A stretch of DNA of 63,927 nucleotides, the filler included, from Basidiobolus meristosporus CBS 931.73 (lineage: Eukaryota > Fungi > Basidiobolomycota), in NCBI GenBank assembly GCA_002104905.1. It is 4 parts of 4 records of this genome, joined end to end, with 100 filler letters (N's around TTAATTAATTAA, not from the genome) between each part and the next. Parts side by side here need not be neighbours in the genome. Positions count along the whole stretch, not along the records: positions 52,707 to 63,927 come from MCFE01001280.1; 3 more parts are not named here. The stretch is one strand, 5' to 3'. A program made the translations under genes and the position numbers. The notes below the pieces were generated by a model. It was not told the DNA's origin. It searched no databases and saw only the letters and a program-made list of their open reading frames with translations. Positions 61,537 through 63,927 of the stretch are shown piece after piece. The stretch's first letter is position 1, and every line of letters begins with the position of its first letter.

Positions 61537-62988
61537 CTAAATGAGAGGGACACGACGGCCATACGATCTTTTGGACGCAGTGGATGCGCCTTGGCTAGCG
61601 CGAGCCTTTGATACGCTTGATACATCATGAGAGTAGACGGCAACCGCATGGGCAATGCTACGAGCATTGATCAGAAATGCGCCATGTGCGAGATTAGCAG
61701 TGGTATCGCACGCCAAATGGTAGCACTGATCTAAGGCTTCTCCGGCCTTGCCACCGAATTTTTCTGCTTGCTCCTCAGTTTTGATTTCGTCGGCTCCAGT
61801 ATCCAGGCCACCCGATGGGATACCTACTTCAGCAAATGGGCCCACGTCTGTGCGGCTGTAAGGAACAACGCTGCTTTCATAGACGATATCCTTCGCCTTG
61901 AAATGATCCTCAAAGAGCTTCGTGATGACTTCGGAGCCAGCAGGGACTGGTTCGCCACTCGAATCACCATTGTATGTACGAATGATATAGTTGGGAGAAG
62001 CAAGCATGTCGAAGTTCAGGATCACTGCTATATTGTCAACATCGGTGTGTGTCAAGCTCTTCACATAATGCTCGGAGCCTAGTAGTCCAAACTCCTCCGA
62101 TGACCACCAGCCAAACCGGACCTTGTTCTTGGGCCGAATGTGACGAAACTGATAAGCAATTTCAAGAAGTGCTGAGCTACCGGAGCCATTATCATTGATT
62201 CCCGGACCAGCCCGCACAGAGTCAGTATGAGCCCCAAGCATGATCACATTCTTCGGGTCTCCACCCTTGGTTTCGGCAATGATGTTATATGTTTTCCGAT
62301 TCTCCCGTAGCTCAACGAGATTCAGCGTAGCGACTACTTCCCCCTTCTTCAGCAGCTCGATCAACTCTTTGCCCGACTCCTGGCTAATACCACCAGTCGG
62401 GATTGTGGAGGTTCCTTCCGCCCCCAAGGTTCCTTTCAGGCTGCCTGGGGAGTTGTTGTAGATGATGGTGGCCACTGCCCCATACTTGCTTGCGTTTACT
62501 GACTTGTCGTTGAACGCGCAACCACCGCGCTCGATGAGTGCGATTTTCCCCTTAAGCTCAACTCCCGAGAATTCCTCGGCCGTACAACCGTCTCCGGTCA
62601 CCCCTTGGACCAGAACTACTGGCGCGGTGAGCCCACTCTCTGGAGTGGACGCTGTGAGTGTCATGGCCCCGATTTCGTACTCCTTACCGTTAGCACTCAA
62701 CTTCTCTGTTTTGGTTTCTGAGTAGGGGGCGCTAAATTCCTGAAGGGTGACCTCATACCCGGACCGTTCAACAATGCTGCGAATGTAGTCGAGTGTAAGT
62801 TGGTGTCCCTCTGAGCCAAACACCCTGGTGCCGTTGTGCTGAGTCGCAAATTTCTGGAGATTGTCTGTATGTCTCAGAAGGCCTTTAAGGGTGATTCTGT
62901 GCTGTAGCCACTCGGAACGCAAACCCTCATATTGAAGGGCAGCAGCGGCGGTAGCAGCGAGGGTGAGAATTGCGATGGAAGCTTTCAT
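61537..62988 (-). CDS. Secreted M28 family aminopeptidase with PA domain (aminopeptidase Y-like), ~483 aa, intronless
   Basis: Signal peptide MKASIAILTLAATAAAA; PA domain GKIALIERGGCAF; HTDSV, GINDNGSGS, SEEFGLLGS, NFDMLAS, CYHLACD. Confidence 0.93.
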   Translation of the reverse strand: MKASIAILTLAATAAAALQYEGLRSEWLQHRITLKGLLRHTDNLQKFATQHNGTRVFGSEGHQLTLDYIRSIVERSGYEVTLQEFSAPYSETKTEKLSANGKEYEIGAMTLTASTPESGLTAPVVLVQGVTGDGCTAEEFSGVELKGKIALIERGGCAFNDKSVNASKYGAVATIIYNNSPGSLKGTLGAEGTSTIPTGGISQESGKELIELLKKGEVVATLNLVELRENRKTYNIIAETKGGDPKNVIMLGAHTDSVRAGPGINDNGSGSSALLEIAYQFRHIRPKNKVRFGWWSSEEFGLLGSEHYVKSLTHTDVDNIAVILNFDMLASPNYIIRTYNGDSSGEPVPAGSEVITKLFEDHFKAKDIVYESSVVPYSRTDVGPFAEVGIPSGGLDTGADEIKTEEQAEKFGGKAGEALDQCYHLACDTTANLAHGAFLINARSIAHAVAVYSHDVSSVSKARASQGASTASKRSYGRRVPLI

Positions 62989-63397
62989 AGTTGAACAGCA
63001 CATAACCACCAATATCGCTTTATATTCTCTGGCCTCGTGCTTACGATACGTAAACGTTTTCGGATAAATTTAAGAAGCGAATACTATGATGGTGGATACA
63101 TATCAGGTGATCGTCCATGGCCATATGAACATCACTAATGAAGAAACACAACATATATAGGGCAGGGCTTGGGTAGTACAGTTGGCCGTTTGATTAGGTA
63201 ATATGGACCTTGGTCAAGTGGTGCTAAAGGCTCATATCCTGACCTTCGCATTCCACTTCTCTACCAATACGCCCAATTGCACGACTCCAGGGATTTGGTT
63301 TTGTGACAGTTCATCATATCATACACTTTATGTAATTTAGAATAAATATGGTGTACACAGGGTAAAGAGCAATAGACGGGATGGAACTGTACTAGGC

Positions 63398-63927
63398 CTA
63401 ATAGTACCTGCTTTGGATGTCTTTTATCATACCTGTGATCTTTTGCGAAGCATTTTGTGCAGCATCTCGAACAGAGGCTAGATCAGCTTGGCTGACGAAG
63501 CGTTGAGCGTATTCTTTTGCTGTCCCTTCGATTCCTCCTAGGTTGATGTTGTACCCTCCTGGATCATATGGTTAGTCTCCGAGAAGATGGAATCCAGATG
63601 GACAGCGACTTGCCTGGTTGGTCATTGTTGGCCTCTTCGTCTCTTCCAAAGTACTGTGCGCTACTAATGCTGGAGGCACCATCAAACTCTCGCAATCTGG
63701 TGCGCTGTTCAGACAGATGCTGTGGATCGTAAGCATCTCTACCAAAGTACATATCTGAGGAGATTGCTTTTTGGCTTGAAAATGTATCCCTTGCATAATG
63801 AGAATCTTCAAGTAAACGAACCATTAGCTCATGTATGTGGGCCACTCGGATCAAAGAGATTACCATCATCTTCAGTAGTTGATTTGCTCGTGTTGCTAGG
63901 TTTCTTGGAGTCTCGAGGGCCAGTGGC
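63398..63927 (-). CDS. 3' end of a Glo3/ArfGAP2-3-type ArfGAP (partial; 5' part outside the window)
   Basis: Glo3-type repeats KAISSDMYFGR and SSISSAQYFGR; exons 63927-63864, 63805-63614, 63558-63398; C-terminus AQRFVSQADL...DIQSRYY*. Confidence 0.85.

Noticed and set aside
61537-62988. Bacterial horizontal origin of the intronless M28 aminopeptidase
   Set aside because: PA-M28 enzymes are common in fungi and lack of introns alone is not evidence; a phylogeny would be needed.

Overview
Eukaryotic fungal genomic DNA. Short spliceosomal introns, CpG-depleted TEs and the gene set suggest an early-diverging, Basidiobolus/Mucoromycota-like fungus (inference only). The window is four contigs joined by three artificial 100-bp spacers (44 N + TTAATTAATTAA + 44 N at 23229-23328, 35984-36083, 52607-52706), so adjacency across these joins is not evidence of linkage. 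Roughly three quarters is nested transposon debris: Ty3/gypsy of at least three families (including a chromovirus), Ty1/copia, solo LTRs, CACTA-like and PIF/Harbinger(ISL2EU)-like DNA transposons, and a 734-bp foldback element. Two CpG-rich gene islands hold a Sel1-repeat (Nif1/Dsf2-like) gene, a 10-exon ~1692-aa formin with two N-terminal RA-like domains, a short heme-thiolate peroxygenase, an Ssh4/Ear1-like SPRY membrane protein, a secreted PA-M28 aminopeptidase and the 3' end of a Glo3-type ArfGAP. Most notable: (1) strong CpG-directed C-to-T hypermutation of repeats, shown directly by comparing an old and a young copy of the same retroelement, with CCG apparently spared; (2) a young non-chromoviral Ty3/gypsy element with a tRNA-His-type PBS, an atypical PPT and an extra open ORF of unknown function after integrase; (3) a near-perfect hairpin element that shares its terminus and 3-bp TSD type with a Harbinger-like transposon found in another contig. 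No prokaryotic features, CRISPR, rRNA or tRNA were found. All identifications come from motif recognition by eye; no database search was run.
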